NCBI GenBank assembly: GCA_902825875.1
Contig: CADECP010000005.1
Span: forward strand, 50,168-114,167
Length of the DNA: 64,000 bases
Direction of reading: 5' to 3'
Origin: an uncultured Acidobacteriota bacterium
GTDB taxonomy: Bacteria; Acidobacteriota; Blastocatellia; RBC074
Positions within the stretch are counted from its first letter, which is position 1. Every line of letters starts with the position of its first letter. Below, one piece after another: positions 1 through 9,372 of this stretch. Both the position numbers and the translations under genes were made by a program. The notes beneath the pieces were generated by a model. That model was not told the DNA's origin and searched no databases. It saw only the letters and a list, made by a program, of their open reading frames with translations.

Positions 1-491
1 CCGGACAAACCGGAAACGTAAGCAGGCAATTGATCCGCGAACGGCCCGCCGAGCAAATCGCAAACCCGCACGCCCAAAGCCTTGCCTTTAATGTCCCACA
101 ACGCGGTGTCAATTCCGGCAATCGCGTCCAGCATGAAAGAAGTCGTATGGCCGCGCACGCGCATTGCCGCGTACATCCGCGCCCACAATCGTTCGTGCGC
201 CATCGGGTCTTCGCCAATCAGAATCGGAGCCAGAATGGTTTCGATGATCGTCCGCACCACTTCGGGCGCGACAGGCGATTGCGATTCTCCCCAGCCGATC
301 GGCCCCGCGTCTGTTTCGATTTTGATGAGCGCGGTTTCGATCTTGGTCGAATACAGCGTTTGGTAATTCGTCGCCCAGCGGTAATCGTTCTGCGATTCCA
401 CCAGCGGCGCGGGCGAACCGGCGGTTCCGCGCGCGGCGTTTAAGTCTCTGGGAATTTTGATGGCGAAGGCTGAAATGCGCGTGATCTTCAT
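1..491 (-). CDS. Enolase-superfamily (mandelate racemase/muconate lactonizing enzyme family) sugar-acid dehydratase-like protein, N-terminal portion; gene runs off the window start
   Basis: Own minus-strand translation from ATG at 491-489: MKITRISAFAIKIPRDLNAARG...IKIETDAGPIGWGESQ...DAIAGIDTALWDIKGKALG (MR/MLE capping-domain pattern). ATG overlaps the stop of the MFS gene (ATGA). Absent from the ORF track because there is no stop inside the window. Confidence 0.7.
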   Translation of the reverse strand, partial: MKITRISAFAIKIPRDLNAARGTAGSPAPLVESQNDYRWATNYQTLYSTKIETALIKIETDAGPIGWGESQSPVAPEVVRTIIETILAPILIGEDPMAHERLWARMYAAMRVRGHTTSFMLDAIAGIDTALWDIKGKALGVRVCDLLGGPFADQLPAYVSGLS

Positions 492-1816
492 TGCGATTGC
501 TCCTGCAATTTCAATTCGACGGCGGCTTGCGAATCGCTTTTGACCAAGATTCGCACGCACAAATACGCCAGCGGATGCAGCACGCCCATCAACACCAGCA
601 GCGGCGTGTACGAATATTTATCAATCACCTGACCGGCAAAGGATTGAAACAGCGCGCCGCCTATGCCGCCGCCCATCGCCACAATGCCGTGAATGGTCGC
701 CACAATCGGGCGCGGAAAAATGTCCACAGTCAGCGTCACCAGATTGGTTTTCCACGCCGAATGCACTCCCAACACAAAGCTGATAATCGCCAACGCCACG
801 GGAATCGGTGGTCGCAAAACCAGCAACATCCCCAGCGGCATCATCAACGCGGTGACGATCATGACGGATTTGCGCGCGGCGACTGCGCCAATTTTTCTGG
901 CGATCAATCGCCCCGAATACCAACCGCCCGCCACTGAGCCGACATCGGCAATCAGATAAGGAATCCAAACCACGTAACTCATCCGCTGTTCCGTCATGCC
1001 TTCGCGTTCGGTCAGATACTTCGGCAGCCAGAACAGATAAAACCACCAGACCGGATCGGAGATGATGCGCGCCAGCAACAATCCCCAGGTTTGAGGCAAA
1101 CGGAAAAATGAAAGGAAAGCGGGACGGGGAGATTGAGGGACAGCGGGACTGAGGGAAGTTCGTTCCGTCTCTCCGTCTCCCCGTCTCTCCGTCTCTCCTT
1201 CCCGAATCAGCGCCAGTTCTTCAGCCGAAATGCGCGGATGTTTTTCCGGCAAGTGATAAAACCAGAACCACGCCGCCGCCCAAATCAAACCCAACGCGCC
1301 TGTGGAAACAAACGCCGATTGCCAGCCCCAACGGTCTGCCATCCACACGGCGATGAGCGGCGTGATAATCGCGCCTGTCACCGTTCCCGCCTGAACCCAA
1401 CCGTTGAGCGTGCCGCGATCTTTGGGTGGAAACCATTCCGCCGCCACTTTTTGCGCGCCGACGAAATTGGCTGATTCCGCCGCGCCAAGCAAAAACCGCA
1501 TGGCGCCGAAACCGAAAACAGAACCGACCGCCGCATGCAGCATCGCCGCGACTGACCACCAAACAGCCGCAACGCCGTAGATCAATTTCGTACCGTAACG
1601 ATCAATCAGCCAACCGGAGACGACGAACATGACTGTGTACGGAATCAGAAAAGCATTTGAGATCAGGCCGTAATCGCTGTTTGTCAGATGCAGTTCTTTG
1701 GTCAGACGCGGAGCCAGCGACGACAGCGTTTGGCGGTCAACGTAATTGATGACCGTGCCGAAAAAGACCAGCCCAGTGATCCACCAGCGCAAATTGGGAA
1801 TTGGCTTTTTCATCAT
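488..1816 (-). CDS. MFS transporter, hexuronate/sugar-acid (ExuT/DgoT-like anion:cation symporter) type
   Basis: ORF track 488..1846. Multi-TM with MFS signatures (GxLxDRxGxK: 'GWLIDRYGTK'). Start taken at the second Met pair (MMKKPIP) because that ATG overlaps the upstream stop as ATGA. Central cytoplasmic loop carries an unusual ETER/GDGETER insertion. Confidence 0.8.
   Translation of the reverse strand: MMKKPIPNLRWWITGLVFFGTVINYVDRQTLSSLAPRLTKELHLTNSDYGLISNAFLIPYTVMFVVSGWLIDRYGTKLIYGVAAVWWSVAAMLHAAVGSVFGFGAMRFLLGAAESANFVGAQKVAAEWFPPKDRGTLNGWVQAGTVTGAIITPLIAVWMADRWGWQSAFVSTGALGLIWAAAWFWFYHLPEKHPRISAEELALIREGETERRGDGETERTSLSPAVPQSPRPAFLSFFRLPQTWGLLLARIISDPVWWFYLFWLPKYLTEREGMTEQRMSYVVWIPYLIADVGSVAGGWYSGRLIARKIGAVAARKSVMIVTALMMPLGMLLVLRPPIPVALAIISFVLGVHSAWKTNLVTLTVDIFPRPIVATIHGIVAMGGGIGGALFQSFAGQVIDKYSYTPLLVLMGVLHPLAYLCVRILVKSDSQAAVELKLQEQSQ
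1121..1198. repeat. GA/TC-rich imperfect palindromic element lying in frame inside the MFS gene (encodes ...EGETERRGDGETERTSLSP...); related copy at 31557-31620
   Basis: Direct reading: 'gggactgagggaag...ccgtctctccgtctccccgtctctccgtctctcc'. Shares 'gactgaggga' and 'tctccgtctc' with the intergenic hairpin downstream of the PEGA gene. Confidence 0.5.
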
Positions 1817-3249
1817 TGGTAAATAAACGTCACCGTCGCGTTGCAATCCGCGTTTGCCGTCACACGTACCCAGTGGGCACTGAATCCGGCGGGAAATTCG
1901 TGGTGCTTGTATTCATTGTTGCCCAAGTGAACAACCTCGTAGCTTTCCCAGCTTCCATCGCCGAGAAAGTCCACTTCGATATTGAAGGCCACCGATTTCG
2001 GCGAGGCGTTTTTCAGATGCACGACTTTGCGATCAAAGCCCGTCATCAAAAACGGATCGGAGGGAACATTCGCTTTCACATCTTGTTTGTGCCACACGCT
2101 GCCCCAACCGGCAGGTTTGCCCATCTTCCACAGATCGTCTACTTGACCGAACCATAGGCCGGTTTGCGGCTGCCCCCACGAGTTGTCGGTTTGATCTCCG
2201 CCCAACACGAAGAGTCCGCGCCAATAACAAAAGTCAGGCACGATCCTCAAGTGATTGCTGATCGGGCGAATCGGCAGAATGCGTCCGTCATAAATTTGCG
2301 CGGGCAGTTCGTAAAAGATGCCGTGCAAATCCATCAGGAAGCGTTCCGTTTGCGCGTCGCGGATTCGCATCCATTCGGTGTTCCAGGCGTGATCGAAGGT
2401 TTGCGCGCCTTTCGGCAGACGGTAGGTCAGCCATTTGCCTTTGGCGAAAACTTTCAGAATCGCCGACGCCTGGTCCCAGCCTGTAGCAAAAATCGGATTG
2501 CCGTAAGTTTCCGCCGACCAGTGTTTGCCCGCGACTTCGACAAAAGGTTTGCGCTCCAGAATTGTCCAGGTTTTGCCGTTCCATTCGGCCAAACGACCGG
2601 AGGCGTCTTTGCCGAGATAGTCCGCTTCGTAATAAGAATTGTTGGCGACGACTACGCGTCCGTTGGCTGAAAACGCGGCTTTGAAATGGACGCGGCCTTT
2701 GATGTCGAGTTCTTTGACCAGATTGAAAAGCTGTTTGGCTTCGAGCGTCTTTACGTCCACTTCATAAAACTCGCCTTCCATCGCCAGCATATAGACTTTG
2801 TTTTTCGGATCGGTCAGGTGAGTCATCGTCGAAGTCAGCCGCACATTCTTGATCGCTTCGATGGTGCGCACGTTGCCTTTGACATCAATGGCGTGCGGGC
2901 CGAGAAACGCCTGATTTGACGGATTGTGAATGTAACGATTGGTGAACGTGCCGACGACCGAAGCCGGATGTTTGTGCATCTGCATCTTTTCGTCCAGCCA
3001 GAACAGCCCCGTGCCTTCGCCGCGAATGTGGGCGACATAAGCGACGAACCATAATTTGTCAGCCCAGGGCAACAACGCGCCGATGCCTGCTTCGCTGCGG
3101 TTTTCGTGTCCAGCGACGACGGCAAGACCGGGGAACGCGCCGCCAATTTGAATGGGTGGCGTTTCAATTTTCTTTTCCGGTTCTTGCGCGCGCGCCACAG
3201 TCACCAGCACGAACAGACAAAACATGAAATTTATGAGCCAATGTTTCAT
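1813..3249 (-). CDS. Secreted hypothetical protein (N-terminal signal peptide); possible polysaccharide-active enzyme in this sugar-acid locus
   Basis: 478-aa ORF with cleavable signal (MKHWLINFMFCLFVLVTVARAQEP). Stop overlaps the MFS start. No family recognised from sequence. Confidence 0.6.
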   Translation of the reverse strand: MKHWLINFMFCLFVLVTVARAQEPEKKIETPPIQIGGAFPGLAVVAGHENRSEAGIGALLPWADKLWFVAYVAHIRGEGTGLFWLDEKMQMHKHPASVVGTFTNRYIHNPSNQAFLGPHAIDVKGNVRTIEAIKNVRLTSTMTHLTDPKNKVYMLAMEGEFYEVDVKTLEAKQLFNLVKELDIKGRVHFKAAFSANGRVVVANNSYYEADYLGKDASGRLAEWNGKTWTILERKPFVEVAGKHWSAETYGNPIFATGWDQASAILKVFAKGKWLTYRLPKGAQTFDHAWNTEWMRIRDAQTERFLMDLHGIFYELPAQIYDGRILPIRPISNHLRIVPDFCYWRGLFVLGGDQTDNSWGQPQTGLWFGQVDDLWKMGKPAGWGSVWHKQDVKANVPSDPFLMTGFDRKVVHLKNASPKSVAFNIEVDFLGDGSWESYEVVHLGNNEYKHHEFPAGFSAHWVRVTANADCNATVTFIYQ

Positions 3250-3264
3250 AACAAGTCGTAAGCG

Positions 3265-4335
3265 TTATCCTGCTTTGAGTGGAATCTGCACGTTGAAGGA
3301 ATACTCGCGCGCTGCCGAAACATCCGCTGCGCACAGCAACACCGCCGGTTTGTCTTTTTCAAACCAAAGCTGCGGTCGCTCCAATGAATTCATTTTTTGC
3401 TTCGTGCCATTGGCCCATTTCACTTCCATCGTTGCCACCAACGGATGCCGTGACAATTTCCAGTCCAAGCCATCCGCCGATTCAAACAACGCGAGCGATT
3501 TGCCTGCGTTGGTGAAATAGCCTTCGTTGTCTTTGACGATGGCGCGATAGCGTTGACCGTCGTGCCAGATGAACGGGTCTTCAGCGGCAAAAGCTACGCC
3601 CTCTTTCACAAAGACCGGATTGGGATGTTTTTTGAAAGTGCCGGTCGGGCTGTCGCTGGTTGCCACGCAATGCAGCACGGGGCCGCCGAACGGCATTTTG
3701 TTTTTATCGCCGACCGCTTTGTAAACCATCAGGAACCCGCCGTCAGGTCGTTTGGTGACGCTCGGATTGGAACACATCAGCGCGTCATAAAATCCTGCCG
3801 TAGGTTCGATCAACGGTTTATCAAATCGCTGCCACGGCCCCAGCGGATGATCGGCGACGGCCACGCCGATGCGTTGATTGTTGCGATGCGTCCAGTTGAG
3901 CGACTTCATCGCCAGGCCATCGCCCGTGTTGCCCATGTAATACAGATAATACTTTTTCCCGAACCGCTGCACCGTTGGATTGTGCGTGCAAAGCCCGTCC
4001 CAGAGCTGCTTGCCACGCGCGGGCAACGCGACCGACTTGAAGGTGAACGGCCCCAGCGGACTCTTGCCAACCGCCACCGCAACTTCGGAATGCGTCACCC
4101 AGGCGTTGTGTCCCAACGCGCGCGGCCAGCGCGAAAACAGCAGGTAGTATTTGCCGTCGTCGCCTTTGGTCAGCGTGCCGCACCAGACGTAATAATCCGG
4201 CAACTCAAATTTCGCCGTCAGTGGCACAGGCTGAATCAACTTTTGAAAATTCAGGTTATCGGCATTATGTTGTGGCAATGCCAGCGCACTCGCCAAAATC
4301 TGTCCGATAAATTGTCGGCGCGTTGGATGGTTCAT
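3265..4335 (-). CDS. Tat-exported glycoside hydrolase, five-bladed beta-propeller type (GH43-like)
   Basis: Twin-arginine motif TRRQFIG followed by a hydrophobic stretch. Propeller-type motifs (YYLYYMG, ADHPLGPW, EDPFIWHDGQRY). 4-nt overlap with the upstream gene. Confidence 0.6.
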   Translation of the reverse strand: MNHPTRRQFIGQILASALALPQHNADNLNFQKLIQPVPLTAKFELPDYYVWCGTLTKGDDGKYYLLFSRWPRALGHNAWVTHSEVAVAVGKSPLGPFTFKSVALPARGKQLWDGLCTHNPTVQRFGKKYYLYYMGNTGDGLAMKSLNWTHRNNQRIGVAVADHPLGPWQRFDKPLIEPTAGFYDALMCSNPSVTKRPDGGFLMVYKAVGDKNKMPFGGPVLHCVATSDSPTGTFKKHPNPVFVKEGVAFAAEDPFIWHDGQRYRAIVKDNEGYFTNAGKSLALFESADGLDWKLSRHPLVATMEVKWANGTKQKMNSLERPQLWFEKDKPAVLLCAADVSAAREYSFNVQIPLKAG

Positions 4336-5639
4336 ACGATGACTTTCGCCAACTCCTTTTCATTAAACTCAACGCCGAGTCCCGGACGTTCGGGCACGCG
4401 CGCGCTGCCGGGTTTGAACTCCAGCGGCTCTTTCAGCAACACGTTGCCAAACGGCCCTTCGCTTTTGTTGCCGCCTTCGATGATGACGAAATTCGCTGTG
4501 GCTACTGCCAGATGCAGCGAAGCCGCCACATAAGGAGCAGTCCCCGTGCTGACATGCGGCGACCACAAAACGCCGTGCGCGTCGGCAAGCGTCGCAATGC
4601 GTTTGCATTCGGTGATGCCGCCCGCGCGGCAAACATCAGGGTTGATGATGTCGCAGGCTTTCGCGGCGAACAGGTCGCGGAACTGAAAACGATTCGACAA
4701 GCCTTCGCCCACGCAGACGGGCGTACTCAGCGCCGCCGCCAAACGCGGATAACCAGATGTGTCTTCGGGCATCAGCGCGTCTTCCCACCAACCGATGCCG
4801 GGCATTTGATCGAGTTCGCGTCCGAGTTGTTCGGCTTCGTGCAACTTGAACGCGCCGAGCGAATCCAGCAGCAATTGCCCGCGGCCTTTGACGGCTTGCG
4901 TGACGGCGGCCAGGCGATCCAGCCCGCGCGAATTTGCGCCTTTGCCGAGTTCGGTTTTCATCGCGGTGTAACCCGCTTCGACCGCGCGCACGGCTTTGTC
5001 TTTCAACTCTTCGGCAGACGCGCTGCTGATGCCGAGGTAGGTCGGAACCGTGTCGCGGTACTTGCCACCGAGCAGCACATACAACGGCTGTCCGGTGAAT
5101 TTGCCCAGGATGTCCCACAGCGCCAGATCAATGCCGGCGATGGCTTCGGTGAACGGCGCAGTGGCGTAACCGCGCAATCGTTCGCTGGAATACATCCGTT
5201 CCCACAGCACTTCGACGTTGCGCGCGTCTTGTCCAATCAACAGCGGCGCGAGCATGTCGCTGATGATCGTTTGATGAACGCGCGGCGCGGCAGGCGCGTG
5301 GCATTCGCCCCAACCGATCAAGCCTTGATCGGTTGTGACCTTGACGATCACCGCTTGCGTGTAGCCGTTGAAACGTGACGGACTCGCGTGATCCAACCGA
5401 TTCCACAAACCTACGCCGCCCGTGCGATTGCCGACCGGAGGCATGACGATCAACTCTTCGGGCGTTTTGTTGTCTTTGGGAGTGCGAATGACGAAGGGTT
5501 CGATCTTCGTGATTTTGAGCGGAGAGGTTCCGACGCGAGCGCGCTGCACGACGGACATTTGAGCGAAATTTGTCGTGGCGGCGACGACCAACGCGCCGCC
5601 GCTTTTGAGCCATTCACGTCGTTTCATGCGAAAAGGCAT
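4332..5639 (-). CDS. Enolase-superfamily enzyme (MR/MLE family) carrying an N-terminal Tat signal peptide
   Basis: KRREWLKSGGALVVAATTNFAQM = RRxFLK-like Tat motif plus h-region. Body has MR/MLE pattern (IGWGECHAP..., DLALWDILGK, metal-ligand region). Start could also be Met5 (5627). Confidence 0.75.
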   Translation of the reverse strand: MPFRMKRREWLKSGGALVVAATTNFAQMSVVQRARVGTSPLKITKIEPFVIRTPKDNKTPEELIVMPPVGNRTGGVGLWNRLDHASPSRFNGYTQAVIVKVTTDQGLIGWGECHAPAAPRVHQTIISDMLAPLLIGQDARNVEVLWERMYSSERLRGYATAPFTEAIAGIDLALWDILGKFTGQPLYVLLGGKYRDTVPTYLGISSASAEELKDKAVRAVEAGYTAMKTELGKGANSRGLDRLAAVTQAVKGRGQLLLDSLGAFKLHEAEQLGRELDQMPGIGWWEDALMPEDTSGYPRLAAALSTPVCVGEGLSNRFQFRDLFAAKACDIINPDVCRAGGITECKRIATLADAHGVLWSPHVSTGTAPYVAASLHLAVATANFVIIEGGNKSEGPFGNVLLKEPLEFKPGSARVPERPGLGVEFNEKELAKVIV

Positions 5640-5641
5640 AT

Positions 5642-5700
5642 AGTCCCAGCTTCAGCCGTAATGCTTCGATAATAAAGGCATTCCGGCTGAAGCTGGGACT
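5642..5700 (-). terminator. Perfect 17-bp inverted repeat hairpin between the TonB-receptor gene stop and the Tat-enolase start (terminator/attenuator-like)
   Basis: agtcccagcttcagccg ... cggctgaagctgggact. Loop itself contains aatgc/gcatt. Lies 6 nt after the receptor stop codon. Confidence 0.4.
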
Positions 5701-5706
5701 ACGAAC

Positions 5707-8700
5707 TTAGAAAATCAGCTTCAAGCCCAACTGCATCAAACGCGGATCGCGCGAACCGGTGATGCGTCCGAAAGCGTCGTTGTTATTCGTGCCGCCCGGC
5801 CCGGCACCGAACGAACCGTTCGGCGTGCCCAGGTTGACGTGATTCGGCGCGTTGAAGGCTTCGGCGCGGAATTGCAGCTTCAGCCGTTCGGTAATGGTGA
5901 AGTTCTTGAACACCGACAGGTCAATGATGATCGCGCCCGGATTGCGGAATTGGCTGATGGCGCGCGGCGTGTTGCCGAACACGTACAAAGCCGGATTCAC
6001 GAAGGCCGCCGGGTTGAACCATTGCACGCCGCGGTTTGGATTGGCATCGGTGAAACCGCTGGGCAATTCCAGACTGCCGATCCAGTCGGGACGATTTGCC
6101 AAACCGTTGTTCGCGCCGCGCACCGAAGTCGGCGTCCCGGCCACAATCGTCGTGATCGTGTTCAATTGCCAACCGCCAAGAACGTTGTTGGCCACTCCGT
6201 TTTTGAAATCGAAGCGTTTGCCCGCGCCGAAAGGCAGTTCGACCAAACCGCTGACCACCAAACGATGCGGCACGTTCGACGGGTCTTCCGAACGTTCGGC
6301 GCGACGATTGTACAAACCGTTCTGATAGCCGAAATCGTTGCCGCCTTCCGAACCTATGAAGTTCAATCCGTTGAAGATCGAATCGCTGATGAGTTTGGCG
6401 AAGGTGTATGAAGCCAGCACCGTGAAGCCTTTGGAAAAACGTTTTTCCGCCGACACCAGCATTGAGTGATAAATCGAATTGCCCGCGTGCGGCGCTTGGA
6501 CGGTGATGCCGCCGACATAAGGCAGCGGACGCAGCGCCTGAGCCTGTGTGATGGTCGCTCCGCCGAATGGGCCTGGGACTTTGCCCGCGAACGGATTCGG
6601 CACGTTGTTGGTCAGGCGTCCCGCCAAACCGAATTCACGAATCTTCGCCGGATCGGCTTGATTCAAATCGTAACTGCCGGACAGCAAGTGAGTGCCGTGA
6701 TTGGCCGAATAAGCGACTTCGACCAGAAAGCCTCCGCCGAGTTGTTGTTGCAAGGACAGATTCCATTGCTGCGACATCGGCGTGCGCGAAATTTGCTCTT
6801 TGAACGACGCGCTGGACGTGGCAAAAAAGTTCGGCCCTAAACGCGCGCCCAAGGGTTGATTCGGCGCGAAGGGAAAACCGTCCTTGAATTGAAATGCCGT
6901 CAGCAGGTTGTTGCCGTTCGGCGCAGGGTAAGCCGTCGTCGTTCCGGCAAAACCGTTCGTGCTTTCGTAATTGGCGTTCCAATAAGAAAACAGCGCCGAC
7001 ATAAAGATGCCGTAACCGCCGCGAACAACCGTTTGCTGATTGCCGCGCACATCCCACGAAAAACCCACGCGCGGCGCGAAGTCGTTTTTGTCGTCTTCGG
7101 AAAAGGTTCGCCCGTAATCAATGCAGGCGTATTGCGTCAAGCCTGGCAGACTGTTGGTCGGGTTCGTAGCGAAAGGATTGAACCTCGAAGTGCCGCAACG
7201 CCGTTCGTAAGGCTGTTGCTGGTAATCGTAACGCAATCCCAAACTCAGACTCAGGCGGCGGCGAATCTTCCATTCATCGTTGACGTAAAAACCGTAAGAC
7301 TTGCCGACTTCGGATTCGCCCAGATGCGTCGTCACGCTGGCGCTGCCGACCGCGCCGAGCAAAAACGTGGCGAATTGATTGCCGGTGTTGATGCGGTTGC
7401 CGGCGATGGGCGCGGCGTTGTCGGTCAAGGTTGTCGGGAATTGGAAATCGCCGGACGGCGAGCTTTTTTGCAGGTTGTTGGCCTGTGTCAGTCGCAACTC
7501 CGTGCCGAATTTGACTGTGTGATTGCCTTTCAACCAGGTCAGCGAATCAAACAATTGCCAGACCGAGCCGCCGCGTTTGCCCACAGTGCCGGTGTTGAAT
7601 CCGGGCAAACCGTTGTTCGGACGCGGCAACACATCCGGCGGAACGATTGACGGCAAACCCAATTGCGACGGCAGGTTCTGATCGGCGCTCGCCACCTTGA
7701 ATTCAAAAATCTGCCGCGCCACGCCGATGCGGAATTCGTGAATCAGGTTCGGCGTGAAGTTGTGAATGTCGCTCAGCACGACGTTGTGTCCGCGAAACGG
7801 GTCGGTGCGTTGGCGCACAATCGGATCGGGATAAAGATTCGCCGTGCCGTTGTCGGTGAACTGTTTGTAAAAGGTGTAGCGCGCCGTGAAGTTGTTCTTT
7901 TCAGAAAAGCGATGATCCACGCGCGAAGTGTGATTGGTCAGCGTGCGTTTGTTGCTGACCGCGCCGAAGAAATTGTTCAGATTGGTGAAGGCGTTGTCCG
8001 CCGTGCGGTTGGGCAGCGGATAAAACCGCAGGAAGTTTTTCGAGACCGCATCAATCCGATTGGCCGGAATGATGTTGCCGGGAAACGGGTCGCGCAGAAA
8101 GCCTTGCCCGTTCGGATTCGGGCGAGTGGTCGCCGGATCGTAAATGATGATCGGTTTGCCTGTGGCGTCGGCCAGCTTGGAAAAATCGCCGTTGCGGAAA
8201 GCTTCGGTCGGCAAGGTGTAAAAGCCCGAAGCGTTGGTTACAAACTGATAGCCTTCATAGTTGTAAAAGAAAAAGCTCTTGTCGCGTCCGTCGTAACCCA
8301 GCGGCCCGAAGACTTTGCCGGGCAAACGGATCGGCCCGCCAATCGAACCGCCGTATTGGTTGTAACGCAGCGGCTGTTTCGGACGCCGCGCGCGATTGTT
8401 GGCCCAAGAATTGGCGTCGAGCGAATTGTTGCGGAAAAACTCGTAAACCGTGCCGTGATAAGCGTTCGTGCCGGCTTTGGTCACCAGGTTCACCACGCCG
8501 CCGAGCGTGAAACCGTATTCCGCCGACATGGTGTTGGTCTGGACTTTGAATTCCTGCACCGAATCCACGTTCGGATTGATGTTTGCGTCCGGCAGATAAG
8601 CATTGACGCTGCTCAAACCGTCCACAACCAGATTGTTGGTGGCGAACGGCGAGCCGTTGATGCGAATGAACGAGACCTGCGTGCCGCGATCCGCAAAGCC

Positions 8701-9252
8701 CGAAGCCGTCGGGCCAACGCCGGATTGAACGGCAGGCGCGAGCAGCACCAGCGACAGCGCGTTGCGCCCATTGACCGGCAATTCTGCGACGCGGCGGCTT
8801 TCAATCACTTTGCCAAACGTCGCCGTCGTGGTGTCCACGAGCGGAGCCTGGCTGGTGACTTCGACTGTTTCCGTCACCGCGCCGGTTTCCAACACCAGAT
8901 TGATTTCGGCGCGCTGATCTACTTCCAGCGTGATGCCGCTGCGAAGCGCCTTCTTGAAACCGGTTTTGGTCGCCGCGACGGTGTAACCGCCGACGTTCAA
9001 GTTCGGCACTACATACCCGCCGCTTTCGTTGGTGACGACAGTCGTGCCGGCGTTGGTTGCCGGATTTGTAATCATGACGGTTGCACCGGGAACCACCGCT
9101 CCGGTGGAATCGGTCACAGTGCCAAGAATGGTTCCGCGCCCGCGTTGAGCGAATGCGGTCAGTGATGACAGCGCCAACAGCGCCAGAATTGACAAAGTCA
9201 CGGTCGCAATTTTTACTGCGGTCAGTGACCTTTGGATAACAAGGTGATTCAT
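5707..9252 (-). CDS. TonB-dependent receptor with N-terminal carboxypeptidase-regulatory-like domain, plug and 22-strand barrel
   Basis: ORF 5707..9312. Start set at MNHLVIQRSL, which has GGAGG 7 nt upstream, and a signal peptide ending AFAQ. 'TVTDSTGAVVPGATV' CarbopepD_reg-like. C-terminal ...LKLIF (terminal aromatic). Confidence 0.85.
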   Translation of the reverse strand: MNHLVIQRSLTAVKIATVTLSILALLALSSLTAFAQRGRGTILGTVTDSTGAVVPGATVMITNPATNAGTTVVTNESGGYVVPNLNVGGYTVAATKTGFKKALRSGITLEVDQRAEINLVLETGAVTETVEVTSQAPLVDTTTATFGKVIESRRVAELPVNGRNALSLVLLAPAVQSGVGPTASGFADRGTQVSFIRINGSPFATNNLVVDGLSSVNAYLPDANINPNVDSVQEFKVQTNTMSAEYGFTLGGVVNLVTKAGTNAYHGTVYEFFRNNSLDANSWANNRARRPKQPLRYNQYGGSIGGPIRLPGKVFGPLGYDGRDKSFFFYNYEGYQFVTNASGFYTLPTEAFRNGDFSKLADATGKPIIIYDPATTRPNPNGQGFLRDPFPGNIIPANRIDAVSKNFLRFYPLPNRTADNAFTNLNNFFGAVSNKRTLTNHTSRVDHRFSEKNNFTARYTFYKQFTDNGTANLYPDPIVRQRTDPFRGHNVVLSDIHNFTPNLIHEFRIGVARQIFEFKVASADQNLPSQLGLPSIVPPDVLPRPNNGLPGFNTGTVGKRGGSVWQLFDSLTWLKGNHTVKFGTELRLTQANNLQKSSPSGDFQFPTTLTDNAAPIAGNRINTGNQFATFLLGAVGSASVTTHLGESEVGKSYGFYVNDEWKIRRRLSLSLGLRYDYQQQPYERRCGTSRFNPFATNPTNSLPGLTQYACIDYGRTFSEDDKNDFAPRVGFSWDVRGNQQTVVRGGYGIFMSALFSYWNANYESTNGFAGTTTAYPAPNGNNLLTAFQFKDGFPFAPNQPLGARLGPNFFATSSASFKEQISRTPMSQQWNLSLQQQLGGGFLVEVAYSANHGTHLLSGSYDLNQADPAKIREFGLAGRLTNNVPNPFAGKVPGPFGGATITQAQALRPLPYVGGITVQAPHAGNSIYHSMLVSAEKRFSKGFTVLASYTFAKLISDSIFNGLNFIGSEGGNDFGYQNGLYNRRAERSEDPSNVPHRLVVSGLVELPFGAGKRFDFKNGVANNVLGGWQLNTITTIVAGTPTSVRGANNGLANRPDWIGSLELPSGFTDANPNRGVQWFNPAAFVNPALYVFGNTPRAISQFRNPGAIIIDLSVFKNFTITERLKLQFRAEAFNAPNHVNLGTPNGSFGAGPGGTNNNDAFGRITGSRDPRLMQLGLKLIF

Positions 9253-9372
9253 CTTGAGCCTCCAATGGAAACAAGACAGCGTGTCGGTTTCAGTCGGACT
9301 GTCACTCGCCAAAGTCGTCTGTCCGCTGAAACCGCCCGCTGCTGATAGCTGCGTGTTGATAAATGTGATTGC

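Noticed and set aside
30-443. Plus-strand ORFs 30..443 and 82..366 (Arg-rich translations)
   Set aside because: They lie antisense to, or out of frame with, the minus-strand MR/MLE enolase-superfamily gene, whose translation is clean. Their composition is typical of a GC-rich wrong-frame read.
6856-9165. Long plus-strand ORFs 6856..7650 and 7663..9165 (264 and 500 aa)
   Set aside because: They are antisense to the 1181-aa TonB-dependent receptor gene. The translations are Arg/Ala-rich with no motifs, a GC-skew artefact.
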